Part shown: positions 1-9,504 of the stretch, piece by piece | Numbering within the stretch: the first letter of the stretch is position 1 | Layout: the number at the start of each line of letters is the position of its first letter | Assembly (NCBI GenBank): GCA_964291315.2 | Contig: OZ219753.1 | Span: 1,184,001 to 1,248,000, forward strand | Direction of reading: 5' to 3' | DNA length: 64,000 nt | From: Candidatus Poribacteria bacterium | Lineage (GTDB): Bacteria; Poribacteria; WGA-4E; WGA-3G | Position numbers and translations under genes: made by a program | Notes under the pieces: generated by a model | Database searches by the model: none | What the model was told of the DNA's origin: nothing | What the model saw: the letters and a program-made list of their open reading frames with translations, nothing else

Positions 1-2
1 CC

Positions 3-599
3 TCTCGAAGACTGCCCCCGAACCCGATTGCGATCTCCGTGCCGCGAAAAGAGGGTGCCCCGCTTCTCCTCGATATGACACTGAGTGTCGTTGCGGGCGG
101 AAAACTGCTGGTTCACACTGCCCGCGGTGAGTCGATACCGGAAGGGTGGATGATAGATTCGGAGGGGAAGGCGCTCACTGATCCAAATGCGTTTCGCCAA
201 CGTCCACAAGATACAGCCGTTATGCCGCTGGGTGGTTTCCAATTTGGGCACAAAGGGTTCGGGCTTGGTGTGATGATAGATGCGATCGCGGGCGGGCTTT
301 CTTGGGCGGGGTGTAGTCGTGAAGCTCCGACGCGTGGGGCAAGTGGTATCGTAATGTTTGCGATCAAAATTGCGGATTTTATAGAGTTAGCCGATTATGA
401 ACGCGAAATCGAACATCTCGTAAAGTGGGTGAAGTCATCTGCGCGGCTTCCAGGTGTCGACGAGATCTACGTTCCCGGAGAGTTTGAGGAACGGAGTCGC
501 GAAAAACGTTTGCGGGAGGGTATCCCGATTGAAGAGCCGACTTGGGACCGCCTTGTTGAAGCTGCGAAACGTTTCCATGTCGCTGTCCCGAGTCTCTAA
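3..599 (+). CDS. Ldh_2 family (malate/L-lactate/ureidoglycolate-type) oxidoreductase, 5'-truncated by window edge
   Basis: Frame is open from position 3 (NPIAISVP...LLLDM). Motifs IPEGWMIDSEG..TDP, PLGG..FGHKGFGL and IYVPGE are typical of Ldh_2. Confidence 0.85.
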   Translation, partial: SRRLPPNPIAISVPRKEGAPLLLDMTLSVVAGGKLLVHTARGESIPEGWMIDSEGKALTDPNAFRQRPQDTAVMPLGGFQFGHKGFGLGVMIDAIAGGLSWAGCSREAPTRGASGIVMFAIKIADFIELADYEREIEHLVKWVKSSARLPGVDEIYVPGEFEERSREKRLREGIPIEEPTWDRLVEAAKRFHVAVPSL

Positions 600-745
600 C
601 ATAAATCTGCTGGATTGGCTAGCGGGGTGTGGCCTCTAAAACGGTTATAATTGCCATAAATTGGTAGCTGCCTCGCTCATCGAAGACCTGCTATCCAGTT
701 TTCCGTTCGGATGGCAGGCTGCTAACAACTAATAGGAGAGAGAAA

Positions 746-1339
746 ATGCGCATCTACGGTCTGTTTATTTTGCTTATCGGCATTATCGGGTGTGCCGCCC
801 TGAATCAACCGGTCAATGAGATGATGGCGTCGCGCCTGACTTGTGCGTCTAACCCGGAATTTGTGGATGGCAATATAGAGACGGAAGGCGCCTTTGTAGT
901 GAACGGGTTTGTTCGAAAGGCGTACCACCTTGATGAAGGGGAGGGTCGGCGGCTTGCGTATGCGCAACGTCGTTATTTAACGCAGGTTGAGGGGCAGCGT
1001 CGCACAGAAGCAATTATCAAGCTCAATGCCCCGACGTATGTTTCCTATGTAGTAGTATATCCGGCGTCGCGTCGGATTCCGAATTTTGCAATGATGACAA
1101 CGACTGATGATCCGCCTCGTTTCGATGTTGCTTTCGAACGGGTAGCCGACAAACAACACAAGGATATTGAGGGGTTGAATCCGGTGCGTTTTCGAATTGA
1201 ACGCGAGGTGCTTTATCTACGCATGAGTGCAGACGGCATTGAGGACAGGGAAAATTCTGTGCGCGGTGCAAATGCGATTGTTGAAATTCCTCTTAAGGGG
1301 GCTTCGATCCGTGAAGTTAAATTCTATGGATACGAATAA
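746..1339 (+). CDS. Hypothetical lipoprotein
   Basis: 197-aa ORF with AGGAG upstream and a hydrophobic N-terminus ending in IIGC (lipobox-like). Confidence 0.7.
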   Translation: MRIYGLFILLIGIIGCAALNQPVNEMMASRLTCASNPEFVDGNIETEGAFVVNGFVRKAYHLDEGEGRRLAYAQRRYLTQVEGQRRTEAIIKLNAPTYVSYVVVYPASRRIPNFAMMTTTDDPPRFDVAFERVADKQHKDIEGLNPVRFRIEREVLYLRMSADGIEDRENSVRGANAIVEIPLKGASIREVKFYGYE

Positions 1340-1345
1340 AATCAC

Positions 1346-1375
1346 TTGACTTCTGTTTTAAGAACGTTATAGAAT
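1346..1375 (+). promoter_or_regulatory. Putative sigma70 promoter upstream of phoH operon
   Basis: TTGACT-18 nt-TAGAAT. Confidence 0.45.
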
Positions 1376-1578
1376 AAAATAAGCGAGGGGCCTATGCAAA
1401 CAGCTCGGAGAGTGAGTGATCTAACAAATCGGGCGTTTGAAAAGGTACCTAGCAGCGGACTTAAACTAGGGTAGCGTCTAATATTGATTTTTCTAGGGAT
1501 GTATGGTAAGTTAAACGAAATACTTAATTAGGGCAGAACTTATAGGTTTCTTATATCAAACGGAGGATTAGAATCCGA

Positions 1579-2595
1579 TTGGAAAAACAAGCATTGAAGA
1601 GGGTTCCCATACAGGGTAACGCTGAGGTGCAAGCTCTTTTTGGGCACAGCGATGCCTTCTTAAAGATCATCGAAAACGATTTCGATGTACGCGTTGTTTT
1701 GAAGAGCGACAGTCTGGCTGTTGTCGGTGAAAATGTGAGTGAGGTTAAGCGTGTGACGACGGTCCTAGAGTCGCTGCTACATCGCATCCGGAAAGGAGAG
1801 CGGATTCAGGTAACTGATGTCAACTATGTTATCCGGGCATCAGGTGCCGGTGAGACAGACGATTTAGGTGAAACTGGTGCTGAGTCTATTCCGGTTTTCT
1901 CAAAGCGCGGGGTTATTCGTCCTAAAACCGCGGGGCAGAAAAGGTATGTTGGGGCGATTAAGTGCAACGATCTTGTTTTCGGCATTGGACCGGCTGGGAC
2001 TGGAAAGACGTATCTTGCGATGGCAATGGCCGTTTCTGCTCTTAAAAGCGGGCAGGTGAGTCGGATTATCTTAACACGGCCTGCTGTTGAAGCGGGTGAG
2101 AGGCTGGGGTTTCTACCCGGGGATATTGCGGACAAGGTACACCCGTATCTTCGTCCTTTATACGATGCGCTTTACGATATGATGCCGCCAGAAACGTTGG
2201 ATAACTATATTGAGCGCAATGTCATTGAGGTTGCCCCTATCGCTTTCATGCGTGGGAGAACCCTTAACAATTCTTTCGTTGTCTTGGATGAGGCACAAAA
2301 TGCTACGATTGAACAGATGAAAATGTTCTTAACGCGCCTCGGGTTTGATTCGAAAGCGGTTGTCACGGGCGATATTACACAGACAGACCTGCCGACCCAC
2401 AAAGTGTCAGGGCTTGCAGACGCGCAAGAGGTGCTTTCAGGTATCGACGGGATCCAATTCATCTATTTCTCAAGAGTCGATGTTGTACGGCACGAGTTGG
2501 TCCAGCGTATCGTAGAGGCTTATGAACAGGCATCACCGCACAATACTAGCCGGAACGGTACAAATCCATCATCTCTGCCCGCCGAAGAAGGGTAA
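1579..2595 (+). CDS. phoH: PhoH family ATPase (YbeZ-like)
   Basis: GPAGTGKTYLA Walker A, LTRPAVEAGERLGFLPG, AFMRGRT, DEAQN, GDITQTDLP. Confidence 0.95.
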   Translation: MEKQALKRVPIQGNAEVQALFGHSDAFLKIIENDFDVRVVLKSDSLAVVGENVSEVKRVTTVLESLLHRIRKGERIQVTDVNYVIRASGAGETDDLGETGAESIPVFSKRGVIRPKTAGQKRYVGAIKCNDLVFGIGPAGTGKTYLAMAMAVSALKSGQVSRIILTRPAVEAGERLGFLPGDIADKVHPYLRPLYDALYDMMPPETLDNYIERNVIEVAPIAFMRGRTLNNSFVVLDEAQNATIEQMKMFLTRLGFDSKAVVTGDITQTDLPTHKVSGLADAQEVLSGIDGIQFIYFSRVDVVRHELVQRIVEAYEQASPHNTSRNGTNPSSLPAEEG

Positions 2596-2600
2596 CCGCT

Positions 2601-3050
2601 TTGATTAATATCAGGAATATGAGTTGTCATACTGGCTTTGACGTGGAAGTTGTCTATGCTGCAGTGAGCGCCACCTTAAAGGCACACGACGCTGAAGACT
2701 ATGAAGTTAGCGTTCTGTTGACGGATGATGCGGGTATAAGATATCTCAACCGGGAATATCGGGGTATTGATGCGCCGACAGATGTGTTAGCGTTTGCTAT
2801 GCGTGAGGGGGCAGATAGTGATATAAATTCTGTCCTGCTTGGGGATCTAGTTATATCGCTTGAGACAGCGGCGCGCCAAGCGTCAAGCGAAGGTGGTCTC
2901 AGCGGAGTTCGCGGTACTTTTGAAACCGAGGCTGCAGTGCTTGCAGTACACGGGATGCTGCACTTGCTGGGTTACGACCATCGGACAGAGCGTGAAGCTA
3001 GGGTTATGTTTGAAAAGCAGCGCGCTATCTTCGGCTCGTTGCAGGTCTGA
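2601..3050 (+). CDS. ybeY: rRNA maturation endoribonuclease YbeY
   Basis: LNREYRGIDAPTDVLAF, LGDLVIS and HGMLHLLGYDH zinc motif; follows phoH. Confidence 0.95.
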   Translation: MINIRNMSCHTGFDVEVVYAAVSATLKAHDAEDYEVSVLLTDDAGIRYLNREYRGIDAPTDVLAFAMREGADSDINSVLLGDLVISLETAARQASSEGGLSGVRGTFETEAAVLAVHGMLHLLGYDHRTEREARVMFEKQRAIFGSLQV

Positions 3051-3062
3051 TAACACGATTGT

Positions 3063-4391
3063 TTGCCGTTTTTTGAAAAATGTAAAAAAAATGGGTGTAT
3101 TATAAGGAGCGTGATTTTAGGTTTGGACGACCTATCCTTAGCCATCAAACTTGTTAGCTTAGGTATACTTTTGATTATTAATGCGCTATTCTCAGCTGCT
3201 GAGGTTCTGCTGACTCGTTTAACGCGGGACGATATCCTCAAGTTCGCTGAGGAAGGCGGGAGACGTTATGAGGTGCTTACCTCGCTGTTGCGCAATCCGC
3301 GTCGTTACTCGCTCACTATTATTACGGCAAAAACGATACTGATCGTTGCAAGTGTAAGGTTGTTCATGACCTTTTGGTCCTATCCTGTTGCGAATGCTGC
3401 GCTTGCTGTTGTGTGTTTTGTAATTTTTACTGAGTTGTTCCCGAAGAATTATGTTCAAGGCAGCACTGGTGAGGCGACGATTCGGGCGCTTAGCGTTCTG
3501 CGGGCTATCTATTGGGGCGGTTTCATTGTTTTAATTCCGCTGAATTTTGTTGCGAATCTCCTCGTCCGTGTGTGCGGTGGCAAGGTGACTTGGGCGCAAG
3601 ACAGTTTGGTTTCGCCCGAGGTTTTAGAGACGCTTGACAATGTTGCCGACAGCCAAGAGATTTTAGAGCCTGATGATCGAGAGATGATCGCTCGAATTTT
3701 AGACTTGCCGGACAAAGTGGCGCGTGAGATCATGGTTGCGCGAACGGATATGGTCTGTCTTGAAGTTAGCACCTCGGCGGCAGAGGTTTTACAGACAACG
3801 ATCACGTGCCGACATACGCGGATTCCCATTTATGAAGAGACTATTGACCGTATTATTGGGGTTTTGCATGCTAAAGATATGCTGGATTGCTGGGCAACAG
3901 GCGAGCCTATCAACCTCAGGGAGCTTATCGTTGATCGGTCACCTTTCTTCACGCCGGAAAGCAAAAACATTTCCGAGCTTTTTCGAGAACTCCGCGCCCA
4001 TAAACAGCATATTGCGATAGTGGTGGATGAATACGGCGGCACTGCGGGGATTGTGACATTAGAAAACATCATCGAAGAAATTGTGGGGGAGATTCACGAC
4101 GAAGATGAAATCAATGAACAAGATACCTATGTTCAGATAGATGCAGACACTCATTCGGTTGACGCGAGGATGAATCTGGTAGAATTAAACGAAAGACTCG
4201 GCACGGAGCTCGAAGCAGAAAATATTGATACTATCGGTGGATTTGTCGTGGACCACCTCGGGCGTGTTCCGGAACAGAGTCTGCAGTTCACATACCGCGG
4301 TATCCAATTCACTATATTCGAGGCAGATGAACGGCGCATCCACAGAATCCATATCCGGATGCCAAATATTAATAACAGTGAGGATGCTTAA
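3063..4391 (+). CDS. HlyC/CorC family CNNM-CBS domain transporter (start uncertain)
   Basis: N-terminal TM region (NALFSAAE, FTELFPK), CBS pair (HTRIPIY, AIVVDEYGGTAGIVTLE), CorC C-terminus (DTIGGFV..LGRVP). Confidence 0.9.
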   Translation: MPFFEKCKKNGCIIRSVILGLDDLSLAIKLVSLGILLIINALFSAAEVLLTRLTRDDILKFAEEGGRRYEVLTSLLRNPRRYSLTIITAKTILIVASVRLFMTFWSYPVANAALAVVCFVIFTELFPKNYVQGSTGEATIRALSVLRAIYWGGFIVLIPLNFVANLLVRVCGGKVTWAQDSLVSPEVLETLDNVADSQEILEPDDREMIARILDLPDKVAREIMVARTDMVCLEVSTSAAEVLQTTITCRHTRIPIYEETIDRIIGVLHAKDMLDCWATGEPINLRELIVDRSPFFTPESKNISELFRELRAHKQHIAIVVDEYGGTAGIVTLENIIEEIVGEIHDEDEINEQDTYVQIDADTHSVDARMNLVELNERLGTELEAENIDTIGGFVVDHLGRVPEQSLQFTYRGIQFTIFEADERRIHRIHIRMPNINNSEDA

Positions 4392-4481
4392 AGAGTATAC
4401 GGGCCGACAAGAAGCTTGCAGACGCCGCATCTACAAAAAGAGTAACACACATGGCACTTTGTAGATAAATTGGAAATTAAT

Positions 4482-4510
4482 TTGACAACGGCTAAAAATA
4501 AAGGTATAAT
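4482..4510 (+). promoter_or_regulatory. Consensus sigma70 promoter upstream of tRNA-Pro
   Basis: Perfect TTGACA-17 nt-TATAAT. Confidence 0.8.
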
Positions 4511-4712
4511 TGTTACAGTATACTTCATTATCTTATAGGAGCACCTTTATAGTTCTTCTATTCCTTTTGTTGGTGTGGTAGCGGTTGCAAGGCTGCTATT
4601 GTGTTCTTGTTGGATTAGGTCTCCTGACCGCCCCTATTTCACCTCTTGTAGGGGCGGCTAGGAGGGTGCTACCAGTTTGATAGTGGATGGAAAGAGGCAA
4701 GACAGTAAAAAA

Positions 4713-4791
<79 letters not shown>

Positions 4792-4902
4792 ATCCCCTCA
4801 AACATAATAAAACTCACAAATTAATCTTGTCCACTTTTGGATGAGCTGCCTACAGAAAATAATTTAAAATGCCCGTTTATGGACATTTTAGGGAGTAGTA
4901 TT

Positions 4903-5199
4903 ATGGCAACTATTAAGATTAACGCTGATGCGAGTGCTATGCATAGAACGCTTAATAGATTGGAGAAGGCGTTTGAGGTTATAGCGCAAAGGTATGGCTT
5001 AACTAGAGATGATATTGATGCTATATTTCAAGAGGCTGATCGGGAGTTTGATGCCAATAAGACTGTAGGGAAGTCAGAGACTGCAAGTCGCAGAGTAGCG
5101 CAGGAGGCTAATAAAGCGGGAGCTGCGGCGAAGGGTGCTGGCGATACTATAGAAAAGGAGTCTCAGCAGGGCGAGACGGCGGTTGAGGAAACTACTTAG
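4903..5199 (+). CDS. Short helical protein resembling the N-terminus of a phage tape-measure protein (possible remnant)
   Basis: GGGAG RBS before ATG 4903; MATIKINADAS... and Ala/Lys/Gly-rich helical repeats; lies just 3' of a tRNA. Confidence 0.45.
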   Translation: MATIKINADASAMHRTLNRLEKAFEVIAQRYGLTRDDIDAIFQEADREFDANKTVGKSETASRRVAQEANKAGAAAKGAGDTIEKESQQGETAVEETT

Positions 5200-5231
5200 C
5201 GGGAAGCAGAGACAGGGTTCACACTAAAACC

Positions 5232-5996
5232 ATGGCAGCCCGAAAAACGCAAGCGATCGTCATACGCGCCATACCGCTTCAAGAATTTCACAAAATTATT
5301 ACCTTTTACACCCATGATTTCGGCAAGATCAAAGCGGTCGCTTACGGCATAAAGAGTCCGAAAAGTCGGCTCGGCGGCAGCTTAGAACTCCTTAACTACG
5401 GCACGCTCCTCTTCCAACATCGCGAAAACCGGGAGTTACAGAACCTCACCGACTTCAATCTGCTTAACGGATTTGATGCAATCCGTTCCGACTTTACCCG
5501 CATCACGTACGGTTGTTATCTCGCTGAATTAGTAGACAGCATCACAGCAGAAGGTATTGCCCACCCCGAAGTTTTCGCTCTTCTCCGATCCACTTATCGA
5601 TTTTTGACAGACGCTGACGATGTTCCGCTGCTTGCAAGAGGGTTCGAGATCAAGTTATTGGATTGTGCAGGCTACGGTCCCGAACTTGTGCGGTGCGTTA
5701 ATTGTCGTTCAACTGCAGGAGGCGGTGTGCTAGGCAAAGTGGGTGTGACGTTCAGCGTCCGCTATGGCGGTGTGCTTTGTAGGGATTGTGAAAGTAGAGA
5801 CGGGGCGGCTCTCACAATTGCCCCCGGTAGTTGTGAATTGCTAAAGACCCTCCGGAAGTCGGAATGGGAACGGTTTAACCGAATCCGTGCCTCTACCCGA
5901 AATCATCAAGAACTCAAACGTTTATTGGGTAGCTTCATCGAATACCATACAGAGCGGAGTTTAAAGAGTCTCCGGTTCATTGAGAATGTTTTGTAG
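5232..5996 (+). CDS. recO: DNA repair protein RecO
   Basis: KTQAIVIR, GKIKAVAYGIKSPKSRLGGSLE, FEIKLL..AGYGP, Zn finger CVNC...CRDC. Confidence 0.95.
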   Translation: MAARKTQAIVIRAIPLQEFHKIITFYTHDFGKIKAVAYGIKSPKSRLGGSLELLNYGTLLFQHRENRELQNLTDFNLLNGFDAIRSDFTRITYGCYLAELVDSITAEGIAHPEVFALLRSTYRFLTDADDVPLLARGFEIKLLDCAGYGPELVRCVNCRSTAGGGVLGKVGVTFSVRYGGVLCRDCESRDGAALTIAPGSCELLKTLRKSEWERFNRIRASTRNHQELKRLLGSFIEYHTERSLKSLRFIENVL

Positions 5997-6031
5997 GCAT
6001 TCAAGCAGCCACCTCCTAGCAATAGAGTCCA

Positions 6032-7837
6032 ATGAACTTTGCTGATACCAGTTTAAGAAACGAATCGACGCGCGTAAAAATTATCCTAATCGCTATCTTG
6101 ATTGTTTCCGGGTTTTTGGTGCTAAGACATGTCGGGCACAGTGGGATTACCTATTGGGATGAAGGGTTTCACGCGGTTGTTGCGCGGAATCTGACGAAAC
6201 ACCCGCTCAAATTCACGCTCTACGATCAACCGTGGCTTTCTTACGACTATAAAAACTGGGGGGAGAACCACATCTGGCTCCATAAGCCGCCTGTGGCTAT
6301 GTGGAGCATTTGGCTTTCACATCTTGTTTTTGGCATCAATACGTTCGCCCTCCGTTTGCCTGCTGCCGTGAGTCTTGTTATCGCAACGTGGGTCACGTTC
6401 CGCATTGCTGCCGACCTTTTCGACAAACGGACGGCACTTATCGTTGCCTTTCTGCATGGATTCAACCCGTTCCTCTTTGAATCTGTGCACGGCTATCGCT
6501 ATTCAGATCACATTGACATCGCACTGCTCCTCTGGGTACAGATCTCCTGTTGGTTCTTACTTCGAGCCGTTCGCACTGGAAAACCGAGAAATTATATTTT
6601 ATCGGGCGTTACGATGGGGATCGCCTATCTGTCTAAAAGCTACCTCGCTTTAATCACTTTCGGCATCGCACTCGTCGTTTGGACTTTTGCGCAAGGGAAA
6701 CGGATCTATGAGAGCAGGCGTGCCTCATGTGAAGATATGCCGGGCGAGACGTTAGGCGTGAAAATCCGTCTCAGGGACATCGGGCTGCAACTCTTCGCAG
6801 CGCTTGTGACGGTCGCTCCGTGGACGGTCTATTGTCTGATCTACTACCGAAAAGAATTCTTGTGGGAACACAAGCGTGTTATTGATCATCTGAATACGGA
6901 TGTTGAAAACTGGGGGGCAAGCTGGGACCGCCCGCTCTTTGACTATATGCCGTTGTTCTACCCGCTCTTCTACGCTGCCCTTTTCGCGGCTGTGCTATCT
7001 CTGTTGGTGGTACTGTTCAAACGTCGGCGTTTAGCCGAGCTCTTTGTATTGGCATGGGGCATCGGTGTCATCGTTCCGCATACGTTTGCTCAGACGAAAA
7101 CGCCCTCGGCAACGATGATCGCCGTGCCGCCGCTGCTGATGTGTTTGGCAGCTGTCATCAGTCGTGCATGGCAAAAACGGGATTGGCTCTATACATCTAT
7201 CTGGAGTGCGGGTATGCTTGCCGTCACTATCATTTCTGGTGGACGCACCTTGGTCAAGGCACGGGACCAGTTCGACGGTCTCAAGAAATTCGCGCCGTTT
7301 ATTGAGACGAACTTCTGGATTGTCGAACAGCTCATCGGTTTTGGTATCATACTCTCGGTTCTTATAGGCGTATATCTGTTGGTGCGCCGGTACGAGTTTC
7401 AAAAATGGTTGTGGCTTGCGCTGCGGGGTGTAGCGCTGATCATCGCTTTGTTCTATGCAGGAAAGTATGTGAACGCTGCATACAAGGTGACAGAGCGGAA
7501 CACACAGACTCCGCTCTATGTAGCTAGCGGTCAACGTCTTCAACGTGAGTTGCCAGAGAACGCTTGCTTTTTTCTCGACGATGAACGCGTCGGGGCACAT
7601 TTCGATTTGATGTACTATGCGGATAGGTCAACCTATCAGATTTACAACAGGCACATGAAAGAGCCCCGAGACTTCGAGGAACAAGCGAAGGAAGCACATG
7701 AAGCCGGCGCGATTCCGTATCTCTTTTCTGTCAAAGATATTGCGTATGACTACCCGTTGTTGCTTGAAGGTGAGGTAGGCACGGCAAACGGGAAAACGCG
7801 ACGTTATCGGGTTTATCGAATGACCGAAACGCCATGA
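6032..7837 (+). CDS. GT-C fold glycosyltransferase (ArnT/PMT, GT39/GT83-like)
   Basis: WDEGFHAVVARN, HKPP, FALRLP, LSK and many TM helices. Confidence 0.85.
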   Translation: MNFADTSLRNESTRVKIILIAILIVSGFLVLRHVGHSGITYWDEGFHAVVARNLTKHPLKFTLYDQPWLSYDYKNWGENHIWLHKPPVAMWSIWLSHLVFGINTFALRLPAAVSLVIATWVTFRIAADLFDKRTALIVAFLHGFNPFLFESVHGYRYSDHIDIALLLWVQISCWFLLRAVRTGKPRNYILSGVTMGIAYLSKSYLALITFGIALVVWTFAQGKRIYESRRASCEDMPGETLGVKIRLRDIGLQLFAALVTVAPWTVYCLIYYRKEFLWEHKRVIDHLNTDVENWGASWDRPLFDYMPLFYPLFYAALFAAVLSLLVVLFKRRRLAELFVLAWGIGVIVPHTFAQTKTPSATMIAVPPLLMCLAAVISRAWQKRDWLYTSIWSAGMLAVTIISGGRTLVKARDQFDGLKKFAPFIETNFWIVEQLIGFGIILSVLIGVYLLVRRYEFQKWLWLALRGVALIIALFYAGKYVNAAYKVTERNTQTPLYVASGQRLQRELPENACFFLDDERVGAHFDLMYYADRSTYQIYNRHMKEPRDFEEQAKEAHEAGAIPYLFSVKDIAYDYPLLLEGEVGTANGKTRRYRVYRMTETP

Positions 7838-7955
7838 CAGAACAGCACGCAAATTCCAGATTCTGATAGAATACGCATCACTCGGTTCGTTCTAGCAACA
7901 GAAATACCTCTCGGAGATCCAAAAGACCCACCCGATGGATCGCTGCTAAAATGAG

Positions 7956-7984
7956 TTGACAGACGCGCCAAAATACAGTACAAT
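7956..7984 (+). promoter_or_regulatory. Sigma70 promoter at start of the defence island
   Basis: TTGACA-17 nt-TACAAT. Confidence 0.65.
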
Positions 7985-8080
7985 GCCATCAACCTTAGCA
8001 AACCTCTTAAATAAGAGATATATCGTAGGTATCTATACCGATGAGTCTCCCATCTTGAAACTTTTTAGTGAATAGCATTA

Positions 8081-8536
8081 ATGAATATAAAATACACCGA
8101 TCAACAAATAGTAGATTTAATTAATGAACCTAAAGTTTTGCCAGATGACTGGCGTGCACGACTATGTAAGGAAAATAGTTTGTATATCATGGGAGAAAAC
8201 GGTAACCGATTCCGTATCATAACCAACCTGAACGAAAAATATCCATCATACTTTTCGGTGATATTAACGGTCATAAACCCTAAGATTGGGGCAGCCTTTC
8301 GGATCCTCCGCTATAACGGTATACCTAAGCGTCTACACCGGAACAAAATTGAAAAACAAAAAATTTTCGGTTATCATATACATTTAGCGACGGAACGATA
8401 TCAGGAGAGAGGTTACGATGAGGAAGGTTATGCAGAAAAAACGGACCGCTACAATAACCTCGAAGGGGCCCTACAGTGTCTTATACAAGACGCTAATTTT
8501 GAACTGCCAGCACAGCTAGAATTAAAACTTCTCTAG
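8081..8536 (+). CDS. Hypothetical protein, DUF6978-like (RYNG..HxN...HxH..TERY)
   Basis: 151-aa AT-rich ORF with a His-cluster motif, directly upstream of a DUF1828-like gene. Confidence 0.6.
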   Translation: MNIKYTDQQIVDLINEPKVLPDDWRARLCKENSLYIMGENGNRFRIITNLNEKYPSYFSVILTVINPKIGAAFRILRYNGIPKRLHRNKIEKQKIFGYHIHLATERYQERGYDEEGYAEKTDRYNNLEGALQCLIQDANFELPAQLELKLL

Positions 8537-8548
8537 GAGATAAAACCA

Positions 8549-9331
8549 ATGTCAATTACAACTATAGAGAAAGAGTTCATGGCTAAGGTTTCCGCAGAGA
8601 TACAACTTTCAGCAGACGGCAAAGACCGTTTTCTTGTCTTCACTCCTTTCCATTTCAATGATGGAGATGAATTGGTTATCGTATTGAAGAAGATGGGGGA
8701 TAGGTGGGTCCTATCAGACGAGGCGCACACCTACATGCACCTTTCATACTATATGGAGAAACACAGCCTCCATCATGGAAAACGCCGGGAGCTCATTTTA
8801 AAGGCACTCTCCATGTTTCAAGTCGAAGACTCTGAGGGAGAATTAATTATGGATGTATCTGACGGCTGTTATGGAGAAGCTCTCTATGACTTTGTCCAAG
8901 CGCTGCTGAAAATAATCGACGTTACATATCTATCAAAAGAGACGGTTAGGTCAACGTTTCTCCATGATTTCCGAGAGCTTTTGTATCAACAGGTAGAACC
9001 GCAACATATTACATTCAACTGGCAGCACCCGACCAACGATCCCCATGGGATTTACAAAGTAGATTGTAGAATAAATGGAAGGTTCCCGCCTTTATTCGTG
9101 TTTGCACTAAATAGTAATACCAAAACGCAAGCGGCAGCGCTCACATTGCACCAGTTCAAGGCATGGGGGATGAATTACCAGCCTCTCGGTATTTTTGAAA
9201 GAGCCAAGACAACTACTCATGATATATTTTTGCGTTTCAAGGATGTTTGTGAAATACATTTCACTGACATAAGCGAAAATAGTCGAGAAATTGGGCAATA
9301 TTTGCAAAATTATATGTCAGATGAAGCATAA
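8549..9331 (+). CDS. DUF1828/DUF1829-like protein
   Basis: TPFHFNDGDELVIVL...WVLSDEAHT and FVQALLKIID in the N-terminal domain; C-terminal YKVDCRIN. Confidence 0.7.
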   Translation: MSITTIEKEFMAKVSAEIQLSADGKDRFLVFTPFHFNDGDELVIVLKKMGDRWVLSDEAHTYMHLSYYMEKHSLHHGKRRELILKALSMFQVEDSEGELIMDVSDGCYGEALYDFVQALLKIIDVTYLSKETVRSTFLHDFRELLYQQVEPQHITFNWQHPTNDPHGIYKVDCRINGRFPPLFVFALNSNTKTQAAALTLHQFKAWGMNYQPLGIFERAKTTTHDIFLRFKDVCEIHFTDISENSREIGQYLQNYMSDEA

Positions 9332-9504
9332 TAATTGCCCTCATCCTGCTAACTTCCGAAAGCCCGCTCGGCAAAATGGAGAACCTGATGAAGGACTTTG
9401 GGATTTACGCTCCCGATATTTAACACTTGACATACTATATCAGGTGTGAAATGATACTTATCAGAAAAGTTGGATTTAGCGCAAAAGGGAGTTAGGAGAA
9501 GACA

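Noticed and set aside
4560-4620. Minus-strand A/C-rich stretch (GCAACCGCTACCACACCAAC) as a DGR template repeat
   Set aside because: It lacks the flanking GTGCGGGTCGCC and GGGTTCCGTTG anchors and does not align with the VRs.
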